From Azolla caroliniana (taxonomy: Eukaryota; Plantae; Polypodiophyta), in assembly GCA_043228905.1 (NCBI GenBank), contig JBHGNT010000004.1, positions 9,114,001-9,178,000 on the forward strand: a stretch of DNA of 64,000 nt. Direction: 5' to 3'. This document shows, in pieces, positions 48,034 to 60,039 of the stretch. The notes beneath the pieces are model-generated. The model was not told the DNA's origin, did not search any database, and worked only from the letters and a program-made list of their open reading frames with translations. Positions within the stretch are counted from its first letter, which is position 1. Each line of letters starts with the position of its first letter. Made by a program: the position numbers and the translations under genes.

Positions 48034-49429
48034 TGTCGTGACGATTTTCGACTATGGTGTGAAACCGAGTGAGACGAATAAACCAAGGATGTGCAACATT
48101 GCACATGCACTTGTTTGAACCTTGCACCTCTAAGATACAAGATAATTGCCTTACCACTAGGACAACTATCATATAGTGTAGATTTTATGTATTTACTTTT
48201 CATATATGAATTATAGATGAAACAACCATTAGAAAACCATGTGCACAAAACCATGGTTCTAAACCCATGGTTTGTGCATGACATAAGCGAAACTGTGTGC
48301 ACAAAAGCATGGTTTTAGCCCATGGTTTTGTGCATGTCACAAGCATGGAAAGACCTATAAAAGCCTCTACTTGAGCTTGTGTAAGGGGGGCTCAATATGT
48401 GATATCACCAACACCACTATCATTAATATAATTATATTTGTCTTTATCTTCTTCATGTTTTTCTACTTCTGAAGTGTACAATCTTTCTTCTTCTCAAGTG
48501 AACAAATTTCATCCAATCTTACATTGATCGTCATCTAGCTTCGATAATTCCGCGAACGTCCTCCCCAGTCCAAGACCCCGGTGGTCACTCGAGTAGCACA
48601 CGCACGCGCGAATCTTCGTGACATCATTTGGTGAACCCGACGTGAACAACACAAGGTGGTTATGGGGGCATTACGACTGGAGGATGCGATCTTGGCAGCG
48701 TACGACTTAGAGGAGTCGATAAGAATACAAGGTGGTCTGAGGCTCGAGATGCTTTCATTGGTAAGGAAAGCCATCAAAATGATGTTGCATGATGAAAAGG
48801 GTAGAGCGTTGGAGTATCTCAAGATGGCAAATCAAGTTGAAAGACTATATCAAGAAGTTCCGGATTTGTACGAAGCGGTTCTAACATCAAATTTCGGGCC
48901 TCAACCTTTTCATGGTTTGCTTGACGGTGACGATGATCAAGATGATCAAGATCGGCGTAGTTGCAATCGTGTAGAGACATGTGATGAAGAACATGGGCTC
49001 AAGAGGGAAGATCGAGAAGGATGCAATCATAAAGAGACAAGTAATGAAGAACATCAATTCGAGGGGAATGACCAAGATACTCAAGGATGTGGTCATGAAG
49101 AGACTTTCAACGAAGAAAGTGGGCTCGTAAGGAAAGATGAAGATACTCAAGGATGCTATGGTGAAGAGACATCTGACAAAGAACTTGGGCTACACGGTCA
49201 TGACAAAGACAAAGATCAACTCACAAAGAGTGCTCGAGATCTACAAGGTTATGATCGTCACAAAGATTACTGTGAACACAAGAGGAGGAATCAAGGTCGA
49301 GCTCCACATAGCCGGGTCCATCCAGATCTCGAAGGTCTCGGAACCATTCTTGATGAGACATCATATGGTTCGAAGAATTGGAGTCGACAAACCATACATC
49401 TTCCGGACCAGATGAACTTGTCGAAGTAG
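48034..49429 (+). mobile_element. Truncated Trp-primed gypsy-family element: LTR 48034-48623, PBS, acidic ORF 48656-49429
   Basis: TGTCGTGA...CGTGACA followed by TGGTGAACCCGACGTGA at 48629; left flank ACGC. Confidence 0.72.
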
Positions 49430-50782
49430 AGGCTGACATAGAATATGCTCTATGTCTCATCACGAACATTCCACCATGGTCGTTATAGTCAAAATTTGTG
49501 GCGTAGTTGGTTAGTTGTTGGCATGTGGAATCTGACTCACGCTTCTTCTTTCAGCACTCTTCTTCGTGGTGGCCGATTTTGCCGCAATATCCGCATTCGA
49601 TAGAGGTTTGTTGGCTCGGGCCGGAATGGAAGTTACCCCTTCTTTCGAAGGTTCCTCATTGGTTTCCGTCTTGTTGCCAAATTTAGGAGTTGTTTTCATA
49701 TGTCAGACCTCGTTCGCCTCTTCCTTGGTTGAATCGGCCTCTTGCTCGGCCACATCCTCTTCCTCCATTCGAATGTGTGTAGAGCATGTGGCCTTTCGAG
49801 GCATTGCTCCTTGTTCAAACATGGTTTTCTTCAACCAACAACATGGATTGAAGATCGAAGAAAGAGGGAGAATTCTCTTCTGCTAGTATGGCGGTCCTCA
49901 TCGTGCCAAACCGTGGTGCAAGGCCTCCGAGGCATATTTGCACCATCTCATCATCCGCCACATTCACGCTTATTGAGCCAATGAATCACAAAGCTCCTTG
50001 ATCTTCAAGGTGTAGCTTGTGATGGACTTGTCTCTTTATTGAATGTTGTTCAACTCTTGGCGAAGTTGATGCTTTTCATGCGGTTGTGTTGGCCGCAAAA
50101 ATCTTCCTAAGATTCTCCCATGCTTCCTTCGGCGTCTCGGCTTCTCGAATGTAGCCAAGCATGTGGTCATAAACACTTGTCGCCAAGAAATACATTACTC
50201 GACTCACCATTGCTCCCATGTTGAGTAGTCAGTGTCCTTTGGGTCAGGTTGATTTTCTTGTGCTCCTTTGATGTAGCTCCAATAGCCTTGGCCGACACAA
50301 CACACACGGATGGGCTAGATCGAGCTATCAAACCACTCTGATACCATGTAAAGAATCGGGCATGATTCTGTGCAGTGGAAGAGATGTGTTGTGTGTGTGT
50401 GTGTGTGTGTGTGGAAAGAGGAGAAGAGGAGAGAAACACAAGATAGACAAGACAAAATAAAAAATGAAGTACTCAAGATTGTATATTAACAAGGAGAATA
50501 TGAATTAAAAAATGTAGCATTACAAGGGAGGACAATCGACACCTTATGAAGAAGGAGGAGGGTGCTTTATATAAGGTCACTCTCTCTCTTCATTAACTCC
50601 ACTACAACAACCACTCTCTCTTCGGGAATGTGAAGACTCCTTAGTTATGTGTCATAGAATATGATTCTATGACACATAGGTAATGTGTAGAGAGTAGTGG
50701 TGTGACTTTTGACCTTTGAGTGCTCATAGATTCTCAAAGGGTGTGTTCACACACAAGGCTAGGTTGAGCTTTATTCTCAACA
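49250..50782 (-). mobile_element. Truncated copia J (LTR 50347-50782, PBS, gag-protease remnant)
   Basis: PBS TGGTATCAGAG 50336-50346; EDVWFVDSNSSNHM protease remnant. Confidence 0.78.
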
Positions 50783-52392
50783 GTTGCTAATGCTTCAATG
50801 ATCTCCTTGAGTAGAGAGTCCCCATGTAGCATGCATGTTGCAAAGATATGGAATTGATTTGCCTTTAAGAAACATTGGGATTGTTGAGCATAGTCATCAT
50901 CCCTTAGCTAGAGCTCAAATTCCAACTGTCGAGAAAGTTTCATCACCCTCCATGTGTTATTTCCTAGGACAAAATAATATTTTGAAGTCATAATCAACTA
51001 AAAAAGTGAACCGAGGAGCATGGCCCCGACTCAATGTTCAAGCGGTTGAGAAGTAGGGTGAATTCTTGTGATGTCAGAGATTTAATGGAAGTGTCAAAAT
51101 CCCCTTTCCAATTTATATTCGCTCAATGTTCAGTAGGAATTCCCATCTTGTATGATAAGATGGTATTGGAGTTCCTTGGGTAGTGCAAATAGTGACATAA
51201 TTGGCATGTGTTGAATGCCTTCATTTTTTTATACTCAAGGTGGGGTTCAAAAATACGTTTGACATTTAAAAGGCACAATCTCTAGGTAATTCTCCTTGGG
51301 GAGAATTCTAGGAGGTTGACATGAGGAGTTTGGGTTGTATAGATTTGCAATGCATTGTATATTGTCTCCGATATTTGCATTGGTCGTAGTCCCTACATTT
51401 GATGATATAGGTCCATTATGAGATATACAAAGATGAGGAATGTATAAGGGGCACTCTATGCCTTTTGTGGTGGGTCAATATGATATTCTATCCCTATTCA
51501 TTTAATACATTAGAGTAACCTTGTGCATGTACACATGGTTATATGATTTTAAAGGGCAACACTTACTATTTTTATAGTACGAGAAGCTTATCCTAAAGAA
51601 TAGAGAAAATAAAACCATTTTGTGTCTTATTACATAATACTTTTTACTAACAAACTAGGTTGACATATTTTATTGAACCAAACTATGATTTACCAATTGG
51701 TACATAATGTCATTTGCATTAAAGCTACAAGAGTTTATCAGAATGTTGACTCTACATTTCAAGTTAGAAGCCAAAATGATGATGTCATGCCAGTTGTGAC
51801 TTAAGAGTTTAGATGACAATGGTTTGCGAGAAATAGATGTAGGAGTAAATTCATGAGAAACTATGCAAAGTTTCAAGAAGATATCCCAAGGTTTTCTGTT
51901 ATAATCTCCAACAATCGCATTAACATCGTATCTATTTGCAATGACTTTTGCAATGAGCCACACGGATGGGATATTCATTCGTCCATGACTCGAAATATCA
52001 TAATCAGAATCCTGATCGTGGAGACCACACACACAACAGAGATGGTACATTGTTTTGGGGTTTGGGATCGTGAAGGTCAGTCAGCCTACTTATTTATTAT
52101 CCTATGGATCGTACACAAATGCATATGTATGTACAACGTGAAGTAATGTGCTGAAATGATGTAGAAATGTAGTACATAACAATATGGTTGGGGTTTGAAG
52201 TACATACATTGATACATAGCAACCACTCAACAACACGATGATGAGGAGGAAGGATATTATTTATTGATTGGAGGTCAAAGTGCTACTATTATTTTACACA
52301 CAAACACACACATATAAATACATATACATGTTGCGGCTCCTTTGCAACAAACACGCAAATACCTCCAGACATACACACACACACACACAACA

Positions 52393-53592
52393 ATGGCTTC
52401 TGCTGCTCATGCACTCATGTCTCTCATCAGAATGGTGATGGTGGCTTGCTTCTTCTTCGTCGTCTGTGTGCAAGCCCATCCTCAGCATGGCTTCTGCACC
52501 AGGACGCATGGCACCGCCAAGGGCTGCCCCACACCCCCAACCTTCGACGCCATCAACCTCACGGCCTTCGCGGGCAGTTGGTTCCAGATCGGTATCAGCG
52601 CCAGGTCCCAGTTCAGGGACCAACCCGGCTCCGTTTGCGCCCGCGCCAAGTACGAGCTAAGGGGCCACTCCCCTTCACACCAAACCCTCTTCTCCGTCCT
52701 CAACAGTGCCCTCTCCATCCTCCGCCCCGCTGGTGTGGCTGACATCTATTATGCCGGCACCACCTCCTTCGGCATCTGTAACTCTGCCCGAAGCTCGTGC
52801 CACGTCATCGGCCACATCAATGACCATGCTCTTGAATTGCTCAAGGATCACCCCGCATTGTTGAAGAACGTGACGGACGCCGCTAAAATTGGAGAGGCAG
52901 CACTAGATTCTGCGGCCGGGAGGATCGGCCACATTCAAGGCTATCTCAACCAGTTGAGTCAAGCCAATTACACGGTAAGTCTAGCAAACACCACAGAGAA
53001 GATGGAGGTAAATGCAGAGAAGCTTAAGGCGGAGGACGCTGGAGCTTTGCGGCTTGCAGGGAAGCTTCTGGAGGATGCGGGGAGGAAGGTCGAGGCAATG
53101 CAGTCAATGAAGGCGGTGGGGAAGAAGATAAGGCTAGCAGGGAAAGAGCTGGTGAAGAGCGCGAAGAATATCGAGAAGGGTGCGATACAGCTGCGGAAGA
53201 CGGCACGGTCGCTGGCCAAAGGCAACGGTAGATCGATCACGGTAGCACAAGGCGCCAAAGCGTACAAGGTGGAAGGCGAGGGAGTGCAGATTAAGGGAGG
53301 CAAGCTACAGGTGAAAGTGAAGGGGGAAGTGATTATGAAGCCATATTGGGTGCTGGCAGTGGACAGCCACAACGAAGCCGCGCTCGTGTATTCGTGCGTG
53401 AATGACAGCGATGGCAACATAGCGGAGAAATCCATCTTCATCATCGCCCGGTCGTGGAAACCCGACCCTTCGGTAGTGGAGGGTTTCCTGTCACTGGCCC
53501 AGTCATATGGCATCTCTTCAGACTGCGAGGATTCATTCTCCATGACCGTCCAGCGCGGTGGCTCATGCGGCCTTCCTCCCCATTCCATGTAA
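52393..53592 (+). CDS. Secreted lipocalin-like protein with a large helical insertion, copy 2 (399 aa)
   Basis: Same length as copy 1, 18 amino-acid differences counted by eye; shared 3' UTR with (AAT)n. Confidence 0.8.
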   Translation: MASAAHALMSLIRMVMVACFFFVVCVQAHPQHGFCTRTHGTAKGCPTPPTFDAINLTAFAGSWFQIGISARSQFRDQPGSVCARAKYELRGHSPSHQTLFSVLNSALSILRPAGVADIYYAGTTSFGICNSARSSCHVIGHINDHALELLKDHPALLKNVTDAAKIGEAALDSAAGRIGHIQGYLNQLSQANYTVSLANTTEKMEVNAEKLKAEDAGALRLAGKLLEDAGRKVEAMQSMKAVGKKIRLAGKELVKSAKNIEKGAIQLRKTARSLAKGNGRSITVAQGAKAYKVEGEGVQIKGGKLQVKVKGEVIMKPYWVLAVDSHNEAALVYSCVNDSDGNIAEKSIFIIARSWKPDPSVVEGFLSLAQSYGISSDCEDSFSMTVQRGGSCGLPPHSM

Positions 53593-53883
53593 TGTAGAAG
53601 GAAGAAGAAGGAATGAAGTTCTCCTTCTCCTCATGGCTTTCAATAATAATAATAATAATAATGATGATGGTGACCGGCTCCTTTGTTCCTTTTTGAACAC
53701 TTGTATAAGCTCAATGCGATTCCTAACTCATAACCTCAATAGCTTCATAAACCACTACAGACATATTACCTACTATTAGTCTCCGCATCCCATCCCACAC
53801 TGCTTTTGTATCAAGAAATGTCATGTTTCCTTTGCTTATCCCTGGGTGTTATCATCTTTTTATTGCAGGAATTCTATCTTTTA

Positions 53884-56800
53884 TTGCGTTGGTATTGGAA
53901 TTCTTCTACAAACTCTTGGGTGTGTGTAGGAGTGTAAGAGACACAGAAGAAGCAGACACAAGAAGTACAAACACAACACTCGTATAGAGAAGACAATGGC
54001 TGGAATGGCTCTCTCTATTGATGAATAATGCCAAAACTTAAGTAAGAGCTGAAATATATCCCTAAGTATTAAGTACCACCAGATATGAGTGAATGATGTA
54101 TGTGGTAACGTGGGGAAAAAACCTCTAGCCAACACTAGAGTAAAAAGTGCCCATGTATAGGCAAAAGGTTCACATCAAAGCTACTCAAGGAACACATAAG
54201 TGTAACAAACCCCCCCTGGAGCGAATGATGTGAACACATACAGGGAGTAACAAATCAACCCCAACAAGGCAACAAGGCAATAAGCCTAAAGCTTTACGAA
54301 AAGCTTCAAACTTTTCTCGTGGAAGAACTTTGGTGAATATGTCTGCCACCTTATCTTGTGTAGGCGCATATACCAAATCAATATCTCCAGCATGAAGGCG
54401 CTCTCTCACATACTGATAATGCACCTCAATATGTTTGGTCAGTGCATGAATCGACTCAATTGGGAAACTGCGTACTGTATATCCAACCTTGTATTGCCTG
54501 CATATATAAGACATCCCACAACTTCCTATAAAGAGAAGTATCAAATGCATAATTGGAATCGTCAACTGAGAACCTAAATACTGTCTCCACAGGTGTCGAA
54601 ACCGGTTTGTCAAAACGTTGAAGTAGTTTTTCAACATACTTTCCTTGATGCATAATCATTCCCCCTCAATAGATACAAACTGGATGCCAAGATAGTAGCT
54701 CAGAAGATCAAGATAAGTGTGTCATCAAAAGTACGTTGCACATTAGCCATAAGAATGTCAAGTTTTGCATGACATGACCCATCCAAGAGTATGCCATCAA
54801 CATAAAGAACAAGCACGGTAAGATCAGCCCCATCTTTGCGTACATAAAGTGTGCTTTCAATTGGACTACATGTGAAGCCAAGAGCAATCAAGTGCTTATG
54901 GATTTTTTCATACCATGCACGTGGAGCTTGCTTGAGACCATACAAGGCTTTATGCAAGCGACAAACCATATGCTCTTTCCCTTTCATAGAAAATCCAGGA
55001 GGTTGCTTCACATAAACCTCTTCTTGCAAATCACCATTCAAGAAAGTTGCTTTTATGTCGAACTGGTGCACTTCCAACCTCTTTGGGTAGCCAATGCAAC
55101 CACGGTACGAATGGTAGTCATGTGTGAAGTAGGTGCAAAAATTTCTCATAATCAATGCCATATTGTTCTGCATATCCTTTGGCAACCAATGTAGCTTTGT
55201 AGCGATCAATGCTACCATCAAACTTTCGTTTAATCTTGTAAACCCACTTAGTACCAATGGCATTCTTTCCTTTTGGCAATTCACACAACTCCCAAGTAGC
55301 ATTCTTATATATGGAATCCATTTCTGATAGCATAGCACTCATCCAATGTGGATCATCACATGCATCTTCAAAAGTAAGTGGCTCCTCGTTACATGCTGTT
55401 GCAACAAGAGAATAATCCACAAAATTACTAGATGCATGGCGAGAGCTTGATCTTGTTCTACCAAGTACTACCATGTAAAGGTGCACTCAATTTGTTGCCT
55501 TGCAAAGTTTTTTCCCACCACTTTGGCATTGTTTGTGCACTCTTGATAGACATGCGCTCATTATGTAATACATCTTCAATATGTACATCATGCATGGGCT
55601 GAATTTCATGCTCATTTTCAGCCATGTTTGGCTGGACATTTCTTGCATTTTTAGCACTTATTTGCTGGAAATTTTCAGCCCTTTGAAGCTCACTTAGCTA
55701 GTCTACATGTCCATAGTCAACCACACCACTTTGGAACAAAGGCATGACGTATCAAACACATCTTGTGAGCTAATTGTTGGCTGTTTTTTGCATTCAAGAA
55801 AAGGGAAAGCTCAATTTTCAGCAAATACCACATCTCGACTCACAATAATTGTGTCCGTCAATAGATGGTACAAACGATATCCCTTACTTTCAGTGCTATA
55901 ACAAACAAATATGCATTTCTTTGCCTTGTCATCAAGTTTGTGACATTGTTGTGATGGCACAAGAGCATATGCCAAACGACTAGACACACACATATGACTG
56001 ACAATAGCTTTATGTCCATTCCAAGCCTCATAAGGAGTAATGATTCTCAATGCTTTTGTAGGGCAACGATTCAACACATAATTTGCACACATAATTGCTT
56101 CCATCCAAAACTTGTTAGGAAGATGCTTTCCTTTAACCATCCATCATGCCATCTCCAAGAGTGTTCTATTTTTGTGCTCTACAACACCATTTTGCTGAGG
56201 TGTATATGACATAGTACATTGATGTGAAATAACTCTTTCACAAAGAAAAGCATTAAACTCTTATGACATGTATTCACCGCCATGATTCGTGCGTAGAGTC
56301 AAGAGCTTATTTCCAGAAACATTTTCAGCCATAGCTAAAAATGATTTGAAGCAAGAAAATACTTCATTCTTTGGTTTCATAGGATGCATCCATGTATGCC
56401 GAGTAGCATCATCAATGAAGGTAACAAAATATACATGCTTTCCAAAAGATGGAGTCTTCACGGAACCACACACATCACTATGAACAACCTGTAATTTTCT
56501 TGTAGTGTGTGTAGTCATCTTTTGGAAAAGAAGCACGATGCATTTTTCCAAGAATGCAACCTTCACATGCATGCTTTTCAATGGACTCAAGTGTAGGCAA
56601 CCCAAAAACCATATCCTTCGATTGCAAGTGGAGCAAACTATTGAAGTTCAAGTGACCAAAATGAGTATGCCAAAAGCTCCATTTCAGCCATGGAAGAAGT
56701 ATGGACCACCAAGGCATTTAGGGCCGCCCTCTTGTATGTATCCAAGCGATATAAGAAATTGCATAATGTACTAGACATCACGATAACATCACCATCGCTG

Positions 56801-57002
56801 AAACCATGAACCATACACTTATCATCAACAAAATGTATATGAAGTCCAACTTTTGCAATCAAAGGAACCAAAATTAAGTTCTTCTTGATACCGGCCACAT
56901 ACAATACATTCTTCAAGATGACAACACCTCCATTAGCAATCGTACGGTCAATTTCTCCTACTCGAATGACATGATAAGAGGCATTGTTTGCACGCACCAC
57001 AT
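53884..57002 (-). mobile_element. Degenerate copia K (protease to RNase H, PPT, probable 3' LTR)
   Basis: KHIEVHYQYVRE, ALYGLKQAPRAW, LYVDG, VHSDVCG, WHTHFGHLN in broken frames; G-rich PPT complement at ~54208-54217. Confidence 0.82.
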
Positions 57003-58480
57003 TGTTGAGCGGGACAAGCTGAACATGATCTAAATCAACTAAATAAGCAAGAGCTGGATCGTAAACCGGAACGAAGAATCGGATCAGTGTCTGGATAGGT
57101 ATCTGGAACGAAGAGCCGGAGTGGCATCCGGAATCAAGAGCCGCATCGGTATCCGGAGTAGGGAACCGGATCAGTATCCTGCTCAATGTGTAATCGGTAG
57201 GCCGTTAGAGGCCTATGGTCCTAACATATTAGATAGACATATTTTTTGGGAGTTTGTGCCATCGCTCATTTATGAGCATTGACGTACATGTCAGTACTTC
57301 TGTCAGTTCATTTAAGGACTTGAATAAAAGTGCTCACAGAGGACATTGTATGTACAAAGTATTTTTTGAATATGTAGTTTCTGTGTGTTCTAGTCTCTCT
57401 ATCTCCCTTGCATACTCTATGTGTGTTTCAAGCTTTCTATTAAACGTGCATAATATATATTTCTGTTGCTATCCGACGAAGTCGGTTGTGTCTATATGGT
57501 AACTGAGCGCAAGGGTTGAGAATCCCCTGCTGCCGACCGAAAGAGCTTAGGCAAACCAATACCTAGCTTCCGGTAAAGATTCTACTAAAGAGTTGAAAGA
57601 AAGAAGCAAAGAATGGATAGAAGCATGGTAAGCTTGCTTCCTACAGAAAAGCTCGACCGGAGCAACTATGCATCTTGGTCATACAAGATGCACTAGTACC
57701 TGTTGGGACACGGCTACTAGCAAATGAAGCAGCACTAGAGCCGACACAAGTAGTGAGCAGAGTGTTGTACTGCCTCATGTCTTGTGTGTACAATCAAATG
57801 CTCGGCTATATCAAAGATGCGAAAACGAAGAAGGAATCTTGGGAAAATCTTAAAAAGATTTTCGCCGCTAGTACCATGGCCCAGAAGTTGAGCTCAACAA
57901 CATCCAGCAAAGGGACATGTTGGTTACAGATTACACCACCAAGGTAAAGGAGATCTATGATGCTTTGGGGTCCATCAATGTGATGGTGGACAAAGATGAA
58001 ATGGTACAGATTTGTCTCTGTGGTCTAGCGCAAAAGTACGGGCCAATCCGAACAATGATATCCTCCCGGGAGAAGTCAATGTCCTTCTTCTACTTACAAT
58101 TGATGCTAATGGTCGAAGAAAACCACGCGAGTGGATCGAAGACGACTCAATTGGACAACTGAATGTTGTACATAGGGGTGAATTGGCCTCGTGGCGTGGG
58201 GGGGGCGAGGTGGATCAACAATGGTGACGACTGACAAGAGCAAGCAATGAGGCATAACCGACATGCCGACAACAGTTCCCGACCCTCCACGAGTAGGGGG
58301 AGTCAAGGTGGGTCAAGTTGGCGTTGAAAACCGGTAATCGAAGGTTGACACGGAACGCTGGTACTGTGGCAAGGAAGGCCACAAGGAGAGAGAGTGCGGG
58401 AAGAACTGTGCCAATTCAGAAAAATCCAGATCCTGCAAGGTCTAGCAAGGTATCCAACAAAGGTCGCACTATGCCGATGT
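57003..58480 (+). mobile_element. Degenerate copia L 5' part (LTR ~57003-57497, PBS-like site, gag remnant)
   Basis: TGTTGAG start; TGGTAACTGAGC at 57498; MLGYIKDAKTKKESWENLKKIF; CGKEGH knuckle remnant. Confidence 0.7.
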
Positions 58481-59129
58481 CATATAGTGAGGCGACCGAC
58501 TGGTGCCACCGCGATTCTGCACTTGCCTCAATTACAACCAAGCATCCCGACTTGGTTCGATGACCCAACACTCCTTGGAGGTCCACTTGATTTGACTCAT
58601 TGGAATTGATTTACATTCTAGACTCAAGTTTCTTTAGTATTATTGTTATTAGGGATTTATATCCAAACCATGTAATATATTGTATGCGCACCATATAATG
58701 CACATGCAAAGCTTCTCTACATGTGTGCCACATGGCCAACATGCTTTTATATAACGTACATGCACATGCTTCTCTAGGGGTGTACCACATGGAAATATGT
58801 AAAATCATCCATTTAGTATAAGAGGGAGAGGATTATTATCATGAGGGGGAACAATCAAAGAGTCATATTTTGTAAAAGTTTTTTTTTTCCTTCTCGAAGA
58901 AATAGAGATTTTCTATTTGGCATTCTTTCTTCTTCCGTGTTTGAGGGTTAGTTGTGTAGGGTGTTTTATTCATAACTCTCAATTTTGATGTTTGTTTTCA
59001 ACTGTCTATACTCGTTGGAAAGCTTATTCCAAGGGCTTTCGAACTTGTGTTATATCAGTGAAACGATACAAGGTTTTTTGTCTTCATGGGTAGGTTTTTT
59101 GTTCTTCCTATCATAGAAGAGCTTTAGAC

Positions 59130-60039
59130 GCAAGATGTCGATTGGGAGGCATTTTGTCATGATCTGCTTCGTGTTTTCAATTATGCTGATTCCACCAAGA
59201 TGACCTAACGTGCATTTGAAGCTTGGGTGGGATCAGGCAAGAAGCATGGGTCAGTTCTAAATACCCTTGTTGATTTTGAAGCAAAGTTTCGACAACTCTC
59301 AGTTCGGGAGCAAACTTTTCTTGAACTAGAGAAGATGGTTTTCTTCCTTCGCTCAGTTCCCTATGTGGATATGGTAGAGCTAGGGAAACTTATGGAATCA
59401 GGTTAGTTAGAAACAAGTTGGGAGGAGGATTGGAGCTGAATTCGGTCCATCTATCTTTGATATGAGAAAAGATGGACATGACTGGACTCGAAGGGACTTG
59501 GAAATGTTACTCTGACCTCCTCTCTAAGTAAAAAGGAACAGGGATCTAGGTATTTATGAAAAAAACACAACCAAGTGACGTGGATAAGCGGGTGTACCTA
59601 TTCATGGAGTGGAAGATTTCTTCCATGTCAAAGGTGCAACATCAGCCACAAGTGCAACAAACTCTTCCGACTAGGGATTTTCGATGCTTATGGTGTGACA
59701 GATTGGAGCATTGAAGATCAGAGTGTGTGGAGCATTTGGAGGCTATGCAAAAGAACCTCATATTCTACAAGGATCGGTTGATCCACTGATTTGTGACTCG
59801 ACAACCACTGAAGACAAATTTTGGGCGAGGAGGAATGAAAAAGCTCTTGGAGGAAGAAGAGCTTTGATATGCACAAGCTATTTTCCATTCTACTTCAACC
59901 GTAGGTTGACTAATTGAAATGCCAAAGCAAGAACCAACTATTCAGACTATTTGCATTGAAGATGGTTGTCAAAGGACTGACTGGAGTGATCCAACTATTC
60001 CCACTGATTATGATGTGATGGTAGAGGAGAAGAGTAGAC
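59130..60039 (+). pseudogene. Degenerate gag of the C/D gypsy family
   Basis: Remnants DSTKMT..AFEAWV and DFEAKFRQLSVREQ..EKMVFFLRSV align with C Gag. Confidence 0.6.
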
